This document shows, piece by piece, positions 8,602 to 18,020 of a stretch of DNA of 64,000 bases (position 1 is the first letter of the stretch; the number at the start of each line of letters is the position of its first letter). Source of the DNA: a virus; the IMG/VR virus record IMGVR_UViG_3300005617_000008, positions 2,917 to 66,916 of that record. One strand, given 5' to 3'. The translations under genes were made by a program, and so were the position numbers. Under the pieces are notes generated by a model. It did no database searches. It worked only from the letters and a program-made list of their open reading frames with translations, and had not been told where the DNA came from.

Positions 8602-9255
8602 ATGGCTGATTACCGTGTCGTAATAAACGAGGTTCAAAAGGGCGTAAGAGCTTGTCCAACGTGCCAGCGAACAGAAGCAGGACACGATTGGCCTAACTGC
8701 ATGAACTTCCCTCCCACTGCGCCTGCTGAGAGTGGAGAAGTAGATCGGTTGCGGGAACAGTTTGAACTACTGGACGACCCTGACGGTCTGTACACCGAAA
8801 CGAAGACGAGGATCGAAGCAATGGCCCGCGCCAAAGCTATCGCTGAGTGCGTCGAGAAAATAAACTCAATGCGCGGCGCGGAATATAACTCCGAATTCGG
8901 CACAATGACAGGAGTTGTCGAAGGCGGTTACATCGATAAAGTCGCAGCGGTTGAGTTGCTGCAATCACTCGCCAAAGGAGAGGGAGAGGACGGCGACAAC
9001 GCGCGTAAGAAGCTCCAGCATTTGGTTGCGACCTGTAACGACGTTTACATCGTCTACGATTACGATGAGCGCCGCCGACGCAGGATTCGCGGTCTGAAGG
9101 CAATGAGGGGCGACGGAATAATTCCTCTGCGCCATCCGCAGGAGTTTGCGGATACGCTGCTCAAGGTGATTGCAGACTGCGACAGGTACAACGCATCGCT
9201 CGCCCCGCTCACCGCCCGGAAGGAGAAAGAGGGAGAATCTGATGTCACTGAGTAA
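8602..9255 (+). CDS. Mosaic hypothetical protein
   Basis: RBS; MADYRVV start. Confidence 0.5.
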   Translation: MADYRVVINEVQKGVRACPTCQRTEAGHDWPNCMNFPPTAPAESGEVDRLREQFELLDDPDGLYTETKTRIEAMARAKAIAECVEKINSMRGAEYNSEFGTMTGVVEGGYIDKVAAVELLQSLAKGEGEDGDNARKKLQHLVATCNDVYIVYDYDERRRRRIRGLKAMRGDGIIPLRHPQEFADTLLKVIADCDRYNASLAPLTARKEKEGESDVTE

Positions 9256-9356
9256 ACGAATGCAAGACGATCTAAATCGAGAATTTGAACCTCGATACGA
9301 TGAAGAAGTTGAGCAATGGCCTTCCGACCAGGAATTAGCCGACGACGAGAACTGCG

Positions 9357-9806
9357 ATGCCTAAAGACACGCTCTTAATCAACATGGATGACGCCGCCGC
9401 AAAGCGCGAGCTGATGATCCAAATCGGACGACTCTCCGGGCTTTACGAGGTCTACATCAAGCCTCGGAAACGCACTCGGTCATTGGACCAGAACGCTTAT
9501 TACTTTGCCGCCGTGGTGACTCCGTTTCGTGACTGGCTTCGGGAAAACTATGGCGACTCTCGTATATCAACTGACGAAGCTCACGAGATGCTAAAAGTTA
9601 AAATCTTAGGTCTCACTGAAAAACAAATTCCAAATTCAAGCGAGACCATGACCATCATTCCCCGGTCCAAAACTTTAACCGTCGAGGAGTTTAGTGAGTA
9701 TATCGAGAAAGCAGCCGCTTGGCTGGCCGAGTTTTGCAATATCATCGTGCTTTCATCTGAAGCATTTTACGAAGCGGAACCACCAGCAAGAAAGAAGACA
9801 GCATGA
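9357..9806 (+). CDS. NinB/YbcN-like recombination protein
   Basis: RTRSLDQNAYY, HEMLK, SKTLTVEEFSEYIEK. Confidence 0.7.
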   Translation: MPKDTLLINMDDAAAKRELMIQIGRLSGLYEVYIKPRKRTRSLDQNAYYFAAVVTPFRDWLRENYGDSRISTDEAHEMLKVKILGLTEKQIPNSSETMTIIPRSKTLTVEEFSEYIEKAAAWLAEFCNIIVLSSEAFYEAEPPARKKTA

Positions 9807-10009
9807 AATTATTTCAAGTTCTCTACGATGGAGCGTCAAGGCCAATCATTCAGACACCGACTGGACGCTGGCTCAGTCTCAGTCAATTCGACAAGGGGCG
9901 CTGGCAACCCTACGACCGTGAAGATAGCGACTGCAAGATAATAACCGAAACGCTTAACTGGGTTCTTATTCACGCTCCTGAAATCGTCAAAGAATGGGAG
10001 AACGAATAA
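9803..10009 (+). CDS. Hypothetical protein
   Basis: ORF track; coupled. Confidence 0.5.
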   Translation: MKLFQVLYDGASRPIIQTPTGRWLSLSQFDKGRWQPYDREDSDCKIITETLNWVLIHAPEIVKEWENE

Positions 10010-10806
10010 TGCTTGATCCTATTGAAGAAATACTTTTCAAACATCTGATAGCTGAGCGCCAAAAAGAAGAACGGGCACCGTCGTTACTCCCCGACAAGCC
10101 CCACGCCAACGCTTCATCTGCCGGGGGATGCGCCCGCGCTATCGGTTTCCGTGTCGCCGGAGTCGAATCATCAAATCCGATTACCGGGGACGCGCTGTTT
10201 AACTTTTCAATAGGCGATCAAATCCACGATACAATCCAAACCGCCATGCTGGCCGCAATCCCAGGCGCAGAAAAAGAAATCAACGGCGTCATTGAAGACT
10301 TCATAACCTGTCGCGCCGACCTGAAATACCCCGCTGCCGATGGTGAAATGGTCTGCACGGAAATTAAGTCCGTCTCTGACTTCGCCTACAAACTAGCTAC
10401 CGGAGCCAAGCTAAAATCAAACGGACAATGGAATAAGAAAGATCAAAAAGCGGAAGGCCCAAAACGTGAACACATTCTACAAGTCGGCATCTCCGCGAAG
10501 TCTATCGGCGCGGCCTATCTCTGTATTGTTTACACCCGAAAAACCGCCGCAAAAGATGAGCCGATTATAGCCGAGTGGCGCTTTAGAATCAATGAGTTAA
10601 ATGATAAAATCGACGCTGAAATTGCACGTCTGAAAGAGATTGTTCAACTCGTAATTAGCGGAAAATTACCGCCGCGAGAGTACGAAGGAAATACGATCTT
10701 TGAACCACTAAAAACGCGGTGGCCCTGCTCGTACTGCGGCTATCTAACTGCCTGCTCCAAAATAGAATCAGGCGTAATTCCCTTAAACCCAAGCGAGCCT
10801 TTGTAA
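10009..10806 (+). CDS. PD-(D/E)XK / Cas4-like recombination exonuclease
   Basis: ASSAGGCAR, GDQIH, RAD...EIKS, Q..Y, WPCSYCGYLTAC. Confidence 0.75.
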   Translation: MLDPIEEILFKHLIAERQKEERAPSLLPDKPHANASSAGGCARAIGFRVAGVESSNPITGDALFNFSIGDQIHDTIQTAMLAAIPGAEKEINGVIEDFITCRADLKYPAADGEMVCTEIKSVSDFAYKLATGAKLKSNGQWNKKDQKAEGPKREHILQVGISAKSIGAAYLCIVYTRKTAAKDEPIIAEWRFRINELNDKIDAEIARLKEIVQLVISGKLPPREYEGNTIFEPLKTRWPCSYCGYLTACSKIESGVIPLNPSEPL

Positions 10807-10840
10807 TCCAGCTCGCCCCTAAAACAAGAAAGGAATCCAT

Positions 10841-11686
10841 ATGGCACTCGAAGACTTTGACGGTGGAAACGGAATCTACTTGAAGCTGAAACACGGCTAC
10901 CTATGCCAAGAATCCAAAACTGAAAAGGAAGGATGGAAAAAGGTCGAGGGCGAATTCGATGGCACTCCCTATAAAAAGTGGATTCGGCCTTACAAATCAG
11001 TCAGCGGCTACATAGATAAGATCGAACGCTACGATAGAGAGTTTAGCGGTCGTAAGATACGCGGCTGGAATATCACGATCACAGATGGTGAGGCCCACTA
11101 CGTACTGGATATCCCTTTCTCCAGCGTGAAAGTAAATTCTCGATGGATGAAACTCGCAGAGAGTATCGACTACAACAAACCTGTCCATATTTCCGGCTGG
11201 CTAGACAAGAAATCAGACTCAATGGCAATTAACATCCAACAGGACGGCGTAACAGTTCCCCAGAAATACACCCGAGAAGACCCTGGCGAAATGCCGGAGC
11301 CGATTCAGAGGTCAAGCGGCAAGTGGGATTACGGGGCTCAAGAAGACTTTCTCGTGGAACGCTTACTAAAGTTCGTTATCCCCAATGTGGAACTGATCGC
11401 CGCAAAACGCAACGAAGGAAAGCCCGCTGAGCAACCGAAGGAACCCGAGTCAGGAACTACCGAAAGCAACGGGCTGGAAAACGATTACAGCGAAAGCGAC
11501 AGTCCAATGCGAGACATTCAGAGATCAGTTACCGCACTCGCCGGAACCAAAGTTGTGAACGGTGCTGGTGAGAGTGAAATCCTAAAGGAGTATTTCGGGA
11601 CGGATAAGTGGACCGAAGTTGAAATGCTGCCAGAGGGATTACTAAAAGCAATGGCAGCAAAACTGGATAACCTGATCCCGTTCTAA
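10841..11686 (+). CDS. Putative ssDNA-binding/annealing protein
   Basis: Follows the exonuclease; acidic linker; C-terminal ...LIPF tail typical of SSBs. Confidence 0.5.
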   Translation: MALEDFDGGNGIYLKLKHGYLCQESKTEKEGWKKVEGEFDGTPYKKWIRPYKSVSGYIDKIERYDREFSGRKIRGWNITITDGEAHYVLDIPFSSVKVNSRWMKLAESIDYNKPVHISGWLDKKSDSMAINIQQDGVTVPQKYTREDPGEMPEPIQRSSGKWDYGAQEDFLVERLLKFVIPNVELIAAKRNEGKPAEQPKEPESGTTESNGLENDYSESDSPMRDIQRSVTALAGTKVVNGAGESEILKEYFGTDKWTEVEMLPEGLLKAMAAKLDNLIPF

Positions 11687-11916
11687 GAACAAAGAAGCCT
11701 GCCAGTTAAGACCGACGTTAATTCGCCGTGCTTCCAAATGGGAAGGGTCACAAACGGACGCTCTTGTCAGGCAGGCTTCAATGCTTTACACCCAAAGGGA
11801 TTGAATGATAGCACAAAACACGAACGCCCCGCCAATTTCTTGACGAGGCGAGCATGTGTTCACGATTGGCTCGTCCGTGCGGGTTGAGCTAAACGCAGCG
11901 TAACACAAAATAAGTG

Positions 11917-11945
11917 TTGCGACAAATACAAAATCATCTTAATAT
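11917..11945 (+). promoter_or_regulatory. sigma70-type promoter overlapped by an inverted repeat
   Basis: TTGCGA-N17-TAATAT; AACAC-N7-GTGTT overlaps the -35 edge. Confidence 0.6.
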
Positions 11946-12410
11946 CGTCACGTTCATGGTTGACTTGCCTGCGCATCTTACCTGATAGCCTCTCAAGCCA
12001 ATCAAAAATTCAACCTGACGATATTTACCGAACTAAAAGGATCGTCCGTGTCCGTGGACTCTTTCCGCATCATTGCCAGTTGGTCAGCCCTCGCCGATAA
12101 AGCTGCGTCAAGCCAGCCTGTAAGCGGGAGTAACCGGAGAAACAGCCGTAGGCATTGCTCTGGCTCTGTCGGATTGCGCTTGGAGACAGCACGTTAATAA
12201 ACGCGGGAGCACTGAACAAGCGATTGTACCGCGTCGGCCATGCCAGCTAAGGTAAACGCCCCTCGGTGAGTCGAGGCAAGCGGCTGACAAACCCGTCCAA
12301 GATAAACACAAGCGTATCGCTCAGAACTCAGCGGGGACACGCGTGTAAATCCGATCCTTTTCACGGTGGATTTACTGCGTCCAACTCGAATCTAACAAGG
12401 ACAGTTAGCA
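11941..12410 (+). ncRNA. Candidate long structured leader/ncRNA
   Basis: About 460 nt with no credible ORF and at least five stems (e.g. AATATCGTCA/TGACGATATT, GTAAATCC/GGATTTAC). Confidence 0.35.
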
Positions 12411-12412
12411 GC

Positions 12413-12658
12413 ATGACCGCCAAAATTATATACGAAGGACAGCCGTGCAAGCGTTGCCAAACTCCGGTAATTAAGAGAACACATAAGGCAAACTGGAAAC
12501 CTAAGCCGGAGCAGCCTTACTACTTTGATTATTGGTTTGCCTGTCCGAATAAGAAGTGTAGGACAATCTATCTTGTGGAGATAGCGAAAAGATGGTTAAA
12601 GGCAGCGCCAGAAGACGAATCTTACGTTGCGTTCAATTTCGCTACAGAAGGCTTGTAA
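12413..12658 (+). CDS. Zinc-ribbon hypothetical protein
   Basis: CKRC...CPNKKC. Confidence 0.55.
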   Translation: MTAKIIYEGQPCKRCQTPVIKRTHKANWKPKPEQPYYFDYWFACPNKKCRTIYLVEIAKRWLKAAPEDESYVAFNFATEGL

Positions 12659-12709
12659 ATCTGACGCAGCCTGTGGAAAACCCAATAAGCAACAGCGAAG
12701 GAGTAGAGT

Positions 12710-13155
12710 ATGAGCAGACATGGTTACAGTGACGACATAGACGAATGGGCGTTAATTAAATGGCGTGGTCAGGTTGCTTCGGCAATGCGCGGGAAAACGG
12801 GGCCAACAATTATTGATTGATTTGGTCAAGGCGCTAGACGCCATGCCGGAAAAGGCGCTGATAGCCGAGGAGTTAATTACCGCTGAAGGCGAGGTTTGCG
12901 CGCTGGGTGCAGTTGGACTCCAGCGGGGCATGTTGATGGATGGGCTTGACCCTGAAGATTCCGAGCGGGTAGCAAAAGCATTTGATATTGCTGAGCAGTT
13001 AGCTCGTGAAATCACTTACGTTAATGATGAGGGTGGCAGGGGATGGCGGCAGGGGATGGCGACAGAATGAGACTCCCGAGGCGCGATGGTTAAGAGTGCG
13101 GGAATGGGCCATGAGCCATATCTTACCCGTACCCAACGATGCCGTAAAGATGTAA
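12710..13155 (+). pseudogene. Conserved phage protein (MSRxGYSDD family) with two frameshifts
   Basis: Extra A at 12794-97 and 13-bp duplication at 13035-13060; removing both gives a continuous ORF. Confidence 0.65.
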
Positions 13156-13181
13156 CTCTCATTACAGGCCGGAATCCCCCT

Positions 13182-13481
13182 ATGCCACGAAAAGGACAAC
13201 CACGTGACCGCAACCTCGACTGTGAAAACGTCAAGGCTTATCGCGAGATCGTGCATTTGCAACTGAACTACTTACAAAGGGAATACGTGGTGAAAAATGT
13301 TAGTTGCTGTGAGCGCGGTCAGGCATTGTGGAGATCCACGCTGACTGAATTCATGCTCGAAGGGAAGAACCCGCGCAACGTGGTCTACATGGTGAAGATT
13401 TGGGAGAACTTGTTCTTCAGCAATCCTGAAATACGATTTACTCAATGGCAACCAAACGGGAACGGCAATGCAAAGTTTTAG
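13182..13481 (+). CDS. Hypothetical protein, weakly DnaD-domain-like
   Basis: LWRSTLTEFMLEGKNPRNVVYMVKIWE. Confidence 0.4.
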   Translation: MPRKGQPRDRNLDCENVKAYREIVHLQLNYLQREYVVKNVSCCERGQALWRSTLTEFMLEGKNPRNVVYMVKIWENLFFSNPEIRFTQWQPNGNGNAKF

Positions 13482-13662
13482 CGAACTAAGCGACAAGACC
13501 AAAAAGAAGGTCGGCAAGTTAGCGTGGCCCAAAGGGGCAATTCTGTATTGCGGCACGTGTCCACGACGCAGCGAGAAGACTCCTGAGCAGATGGAAAAGT
13601 TTTTGAGCAGTTGGCCCAAGTGTCCGCAATGTGGTACTCCGGCGCAGGTAAAGCCGTTATGA
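13468..13662 (+). CDS. Zinc-ribbon protein
   Basis: CGTC...CPQCG. Confidence 0.55.
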   Translation: MQSFSELSDKTKKKVGKLAWPKGAILYCGTCPRRSEKTPEQMEKFLSSWPKCPQCGTPAQVKPL

Positions 13663-13877
13663 AAAAGGAAACCCCTCGTGAGCGTGTAGAGTCCTTCATT
13701 GCCCGTCGTCGTGAAAATGTCGGAGGGTTTACCTCAGAGGGTTTAGCACCTGATGGATATGTAGAAGTCAGGTTTGAGAAAGCAACATTTTATACACCAC
13801 TAGAGGATCGAGTGGTTTACCGGGGCGACGTGGATTACGAGCGACCACCGTTGAAAGTACAGGTTAAATCATCATGA
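13659..13877 (+). CDS. Hypothetical protein
   Basis: MKKETP start, coupled. Confidence 0.5.
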   Translation: MKKETPRERVESFIARRRENVGGFTSEGLAPDGYVEVRFEKATFYTPLEDRVVYRGDVDYERPPLKVQVKSS

Positions 13878-14143
13878 GCAACAAAACAACGAAAGAGATC
13901 GCAGAAACTATCACGTCCAAGGTTGCCTTGATATGCGGTTGCGCGTGGGAATCGTGTACAGCCACGCGCACGGCCACTGCCAAGGCCATCGACGACGCGC
14001 TAACTGTCGAACGAGAACGTGCCGCCAAGATAGCGGAGGCTATGCGTCCCAGTGGAGGTCGGCAATGGACGGATGAGCAACGGACCTGCTTTAACGCGCT
14101 CACGGATTGTGCTGCAAATATCCGAGCGGGGATCGAGCCGTGA
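13874..14143 (+). CDS. Hypothetical protein
   Basis: ORF track; coupled. Confidence 0.55.
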   Translation: MSNKTTKEIAETITSKVALICGCAWESCTATRTATAKAIDDALTVERERAAKIAEAMRPSGGRQWTDEQRTCFNALTDCAANIRAGIEP

Positions 14144-14346
14144 AAGCACATCAACGCTATAAACAGGTATTCGATTTCATCTGCGCTTACTCGGCCAGCA
14201 ACCACGAGGCTCCAACCATGACGGAGATCGGGCGGCATGTCGGCCTACGTTCTACCCAGAGCATCCACGATATCCTGACAGCCCTGGAGAACTTAGGTTT
14301 AATCCGTCGCACTCGTAAGTGGAGAGGAATCGAGATTGTAAAGTGA
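14140..14346 (+). CDS. LexA-type winged-helix DNA-binding domain only
   Basis: QVFDFI...APTMTEIGRHVGLRSTQSIHDILTALENLGLIRR...RGIEI. Confidence 0.75.
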   Translation: MKAHQRYKQVFDFICAYSASNHEAPTMTEIGRHVGLRSTQSIHDILTALENLGLIRRTRKWRGIEIVK

Positions 14347-14696
14347 AACGCTCCGGGTTCACGCCTAAGAGTACATGGAAATGGCTCCAGCGCGGCGGCA
14401 AGCTGCGACCTCTCGGTAAGAAAGGCAAAACGTGGAAAGCCAAACGCGACGAACTCAAGATGCTGCATGAAACCATCGGCATTACGACTTGCGAGCTGCG
14501 TTACGAAGGATGCGCCGTTGATAATTATCTCGGATTCGCTCACGCCGCCAAACGCAGGAAGTTATCCGCCGACGACTTGGGCCACGTAATTCTTTGTTGC
14601 AACTTTTGTCATCAACAAATTGAGTTCCTACCGCCTGAACAGATGAAATTTATTGTTGATTCCACCATTAAAAACCGGAATGCCATGATACAATAG
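14343..14696 (+). CDS. NinG-like / HNH-fold protein
   Basis: MKRSGF-like N-terminus; CELRYEGC...H...CNFCH. Confidence 0.55.
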   Translation: MKRSGFTPKSTWKWLQRGGKLRPLGKKGKTWKAKRDELKMLHETIGITTCELRYEGCAVDNYLGFAHAAKRRKLSADDLGHVILCCNFCHQQIEFLPPEQMKFIVDSTIKNRNAMIQ

Positions 14697-14699
14697 AGC

Positions 14700-15230
14700 G
14701 TGACTAATAGAACCAACAATCCCGATACTGGACGTTCACGCGCTCGTGTCCGATACCCAAACCTTGGCCCATGTGAAAAGTGCAAGAAAAAGCAGGCCAC
14801 AGACCGTCACCACAGAGACGGAGATACGTTTAATAATGATCGGGCTAATATAGAATTTCTGTGCCGACGCTGCCATATGGTCGAGGATGGCAGGCTCCAA
14901 GCATTAATTGAACTGCCACGTCCGCCGTGGGCCACCGAACGGCCCTGCGTTAATTGCGGAAACTTAGTCAAGGTCTTACGGCGAGGGCGCTGCCATCGTT
15001 GCAATGAATCACTTAGACGGAACGGCGTGGAATGGGTGCCCGACAACGATCGCCGTTTTGGGAAACGAGCGCCGGAGCATTTTTGTAATAACTGCAAGAG
15101 GCGCGTTGAAACTGGATGGTCTAAGGGGCGTTGCCCTGCCTGTCGGTTGTACTTTGCCGCGCATGGTAAAGAACGGCCCATGAAGGAGAACAAGTGTCGG
15201 GAAAGAGAGTCGATGCTAACCAATCTTTAA
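14700..15230 (+). CDS. HNH homing endonuclease
   Basis: CEKC..DRHHRDGDTFNNDRANIEFLCRRCH; extended -10 TGaTACAAT just upstream. Confidence 0.75.
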   Translation: MTNRTNNPDTGRSRARVRYPNLGPCEKCKKKQATDRHHRDGDTFNNDRANIEFLCRRCHMVEDGRLQALIELPRPPWATERPCVNCGNLVKVLRRGRCHRCNESLRRNGVEWVPDNDRRFGKRAPEHFCNNCKRRVETGWSKGRCPACRLYFAAHGKERPMKENKCRERESMLTNL

Positions 15231-15469
15231 TCGTGAAACAGCTTCGCGCTATTGGAGCCACCGTCCAGAGCCTCGCAGATCTCGGCAAGGGTGTTCCTGA
15301 TCTCCTGGTCGGCTGGCGCGGCAAGAACTGGCTCATGGAAATCAAAGATTGGAAACAGCCACCCAGTAAACGTAGGCTCACGCCGGACGAAAAGAAGTGG
15401 CACCAGTCATGGAACGGTCAGGTGCATGTAGTAGAAACCTTTGATGAAGCTATGAAAATAATCTCTTGA
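15194..15469 (+). CDS. VRR-NUC nuclease / resolvase
   Basis: RVDANQ, GKGVPDLLVG, MEIKD, LTPDE. Confidence 0.8.
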   Translation: MSGKRVDANQSLIVKQLRAIGATVQSLADLGKGVPDLLVGWRGKNWLMEIKDWKQPPSKRRLTPDEKKWHQSWNGQVHVVETFDEAMKIIS

Positions 15470-15626
15470 CCTCTTGTTGTAGTTGTTGTAAGCTGCGGCG
15501 TATGAAGAAACTTCTGGAATGCAAGATCTGTGGTCATAGCTGGCGCACGCGAAAAGAGGGTGGAAAGCCGCTACGCTGTCCGAATCAGTTATGTCAATCA
15601 CCACACTGGGAAAAAGGTAAACGCAA

Positions 15627-15818
15627 ATGACTTACCGTGAAAACGCACAGGACGAAACTAAAGAACTGGCCGATTATCTCAGGGGTTTTGGTGATGCAAT
15701 GCAGAATCCAAAACTGTCACGCGCCGCAGAGTGGATGGAGAAGCTTTCGTGGAATGTATGCGGGCAGGGCTATGTCGGATGTAGGGGTGGACACGATTGC
15801 GGCTCAGATCATAAATAG
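15627..15818 (+). CDS. Hypothetical protein
   Basis: ORF track. Confidence 0.5.
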   Translation: MTYRENAQDETKELADYLRGFGDAMQNPKLSRAAEWMEKLSWNVCGQGYVGCRGGHDCGSDHK

Positions 15819-15884
15819 TTTACGTGGGGGAGCCGGACGGTTGTTCACGCAACAGGGGCACGTCCGGCTCTCTCCGAGGGTAAT

Positions 15885-16088
15885 ATGAATACAAAAAGCC
15901 AAGCGCAGGAAATCTACGGGTACCTTTCGTCGGGTAAGTCGCTTACGCCGCTCGAAGCACTGGAAAAGTTCGGGTGCTTTAGACTTGGTGCCCGCATCTA
16001 CGATCTAAAACAAGCCGATCATAAAATCGAGACTGTCATAGTCGAGAAGAACGGCAAAAGATTCGCAAGCTACAAATTGGAGAAATGA
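15885..16088 (+). CDS. Winged-HTH protein (HTH_39-like)
   Basis: SLTPLEALEKFGCFRLGARIYDLK. Confidence 0.75.
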   Translation: MNTKSQAQEIYGYLSSGKSLTPLEALEKFGCFRLGARIYDLKQADHKIETVIVEKNGKRFASYKLEK

Positions 16089-16089
16089 A

Positions 16090-16359
16090 ATGGGCTTAGT
16101 TACATGTGACGACCACGACAACAAATCAAATTCACCGCACTGGCAGGAAATCACACCAAGCAATGAACCGCTGGAAATCTCACTAACGATGACCGAGCGT
16201 GAACAGTTGGCCCAACAGGTTGCGGGAGATAATTACGGTCTCTTACTGGAGCCTTCCGATAGTCGGGCGTACCAGCCCGGAAGACTTCACATTGATGAGC
16301 GGCGGGCTTTTGATGCCGGATGGGAAGCAGCGAAGGTTTATTACGGCCATCAAAAATGA
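16090..16359 (+). CDS. Hypothetical protein
   Basis: ORF track. Confidence 0.45.
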   Translation: MGLVTCDDHDNKSNSPHWQEITPSNEPLEISLTMTEREQLAQQVAGDNYGLLLEPSDSRAYQPGRLHIDERRAFDAGWEAAKVYYGHQK

Positions 16360-17465
16360 CCACCTTTGATCGCAAAGAACTGACTTCTGAGCTTGCCTTA
16401 CTGGTAGCGATTGCAGGCCAGAAGAATGTCATCCCAGCGCTCTCAACGGTTCGGCTTGAGATTCGTGGCGGTGACGAGACCGCGTCCCTACTGGCTTACA
16501 ACTCAAATATAGCTCTTTTTACTGACATTTCCGCTGAAGGTGAAGACTGGAACGGCTGTATTCCTGCCCGCCAGCTTTACGATCTAATGCGCCTTGCTTC
16601 CAACGTTGAGAAGGTTACGCTAATGCCACAAGGTTCGACGGTGCAAATAACATGGGGCCGCTCGCGCCACAGATTGCCTGTGACTAACTTTTCTGTCTTC
16701 CCTGAGGTATCCGGCCCGGTAGCTGAAAACGAGCGCCTGACGGTCAGGACTGAGGATTTTACCACTGCCCTTGAGCGTGTACTGCCCTGTGCTGCCCGAG
16801 AAGACTCGAATACATGGATGGTTCAGGGAATCAAACTGGAAGCCAAGGACGGGGAATTAAAGCTGATTGGGACAAACACGCACAGGCTGGGTGTAATAAC
16901 AATTCCGGCAGAGGGAAATCTGGACGTATTCGTGCCCCTGGAAGCCGCTCAGTTGCTACCCAAATTCAAATCCGAAGAAGTATCGATCTGGCATGACGGA
17001 AAGCAGGTTTCTTTTAGTTTCGGGAGACGAACGCTGATTTCACGATTGATGACGGGCACGTTTCCAAACTGGCAAGCATTTATGCCGAAGTACTTACCTT
17101 TGAGCGCCACGCTTTCCACGACAGAGATGATTAACGCTCTCAGGCGAGCTGACGTGACGCGAGACGAGACCTTCAAACCCGGAGTCGGGCGAATTCTTCT
17201 GGGAGTGGTCTTAATCTTCGGCAAGGACGAGCTGGTAATCGACACAAAGCACAGCACGCATGGAAGATCAGAAGAGTCGATACCAGTAAGTTCAAACTTG
17301 AACGGTGACTTGATCTACATGGGCATCAACCCTGACTACGTGATGGATTTCTTAAGGACGGCAGGAGCGACCACAGAATGCAATCTGAAGGACGGGAAAT
17401 CGGTGCTGAGACTGACGGACGGGAGCAAGTTCGAGTACGTGGTGGTGCCGCAAGTTCTCAAGTAG
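16356..17465 (+). CDS. dnaN: DNA polymerase III beta sliding clamp homolog
   Basis: KNVIPALS, IPARQLYDL, FPEV, GTNTHRL, SRLMTGTFPNWQ, INPDYVMDFL, YVVVP; ~370 aa. Confidence 0.9.
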   Translation: MTTFDRKELTSELALLVAIAGQKNVIPALSTVRLEIRGGDETASLLAYNSNIALFTDISAEGEDWNGCIPARQLYDLMRLASNVEKVTLMPQGSTVQITWGRSRHRLPVTNFSVFPEVSGPVAENERLTVRTEDFTTALERVLPCAAREDSNTWMVQGIKLEAKDGELKLIGTNTHRLGVITIPAEGNLDVFVPLEAAQLLPKFKSEEVSIWHDGKQVSFSFGRRTLISRLMTGTFPNWQAFMPKYLPLSATLSTTEMINALRRADVTRDETFKPGVGRILLGVVLIFGKDELVIDTKHSTHGRSEESIPVSSNLNGDLIYMGINPDYVMDFLRTAGATTECNLKDGKSVLRLTDGSKFEYVVVPQVLK

Positions 17466-17515
17466 ATCAGTGGACTCCTGCTCGAATAGCGGCGCTGGAG
17501 TGCGGAGAGTGACGA

Positions 17516-18016
17516 ATGATAATCGCAGTTGACTTTGATGGCACCTTAGTTGATCACGTCTTTCCTGAAATCGGAGAGCCAGTACCAGGTGCGTTCGACT
17601 GGCTGAAACGGTTCAAGGAAGCAGGGGCGATATTGATTCTGTACACAATGCGCGCGGACGAGCGTGGTAGTAAGTCAGTTGAGATGTTCCCCGGCGAGCG
17701 CAAATTTCTCTCCGAAGCCGTGGAGTTTTGTCGCTCGCACGGAGTCGAGTTCGACGCGCTGAATCGCAACCCGACACAGGACGAATGGACTTCATCACCG
17801 AAGGCTTACGCTCACGTCTACATCGACGACGCGGCGTTTGGATGTCCGCTGAATCCGCCTACCAACGGCGGGCGTTGTACGGTCAACTGGGACGTGGTTG
17901 GACCCGCAGTGCTGGCGTTGATTGAAAAGAATGAATTGGAAGTAATCATTGCGCGAGAGAAAGCGGCTATTGAGGCGAATCGCACCCCGACCGTAAATCC
18001 CGCGAACGGAGAATGA
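17516..18016 (+). CDS. HAD-family hydrolase (BT0820-like)
   Basis: IIAVDFDGTLV, YTMR, KAYAHVYIDD. Confidence 0.85.
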   Translation: MIIAVDFDGTLVDHVFPEIGEPVPGAFDWLKRFKEAGAILILYTMRADERGSKSVEMFPGERKFLSEAVEFCRSHGVEFDALNRNPTQDEWTSSPKAYAHVYIDDAAFGCPLNPPTNGGRCTVNWDVVGPAVLALIEKNELEVIIAREKAAIEANRTPTVNPANGE

Positions 18017-18020
18017 AGTA

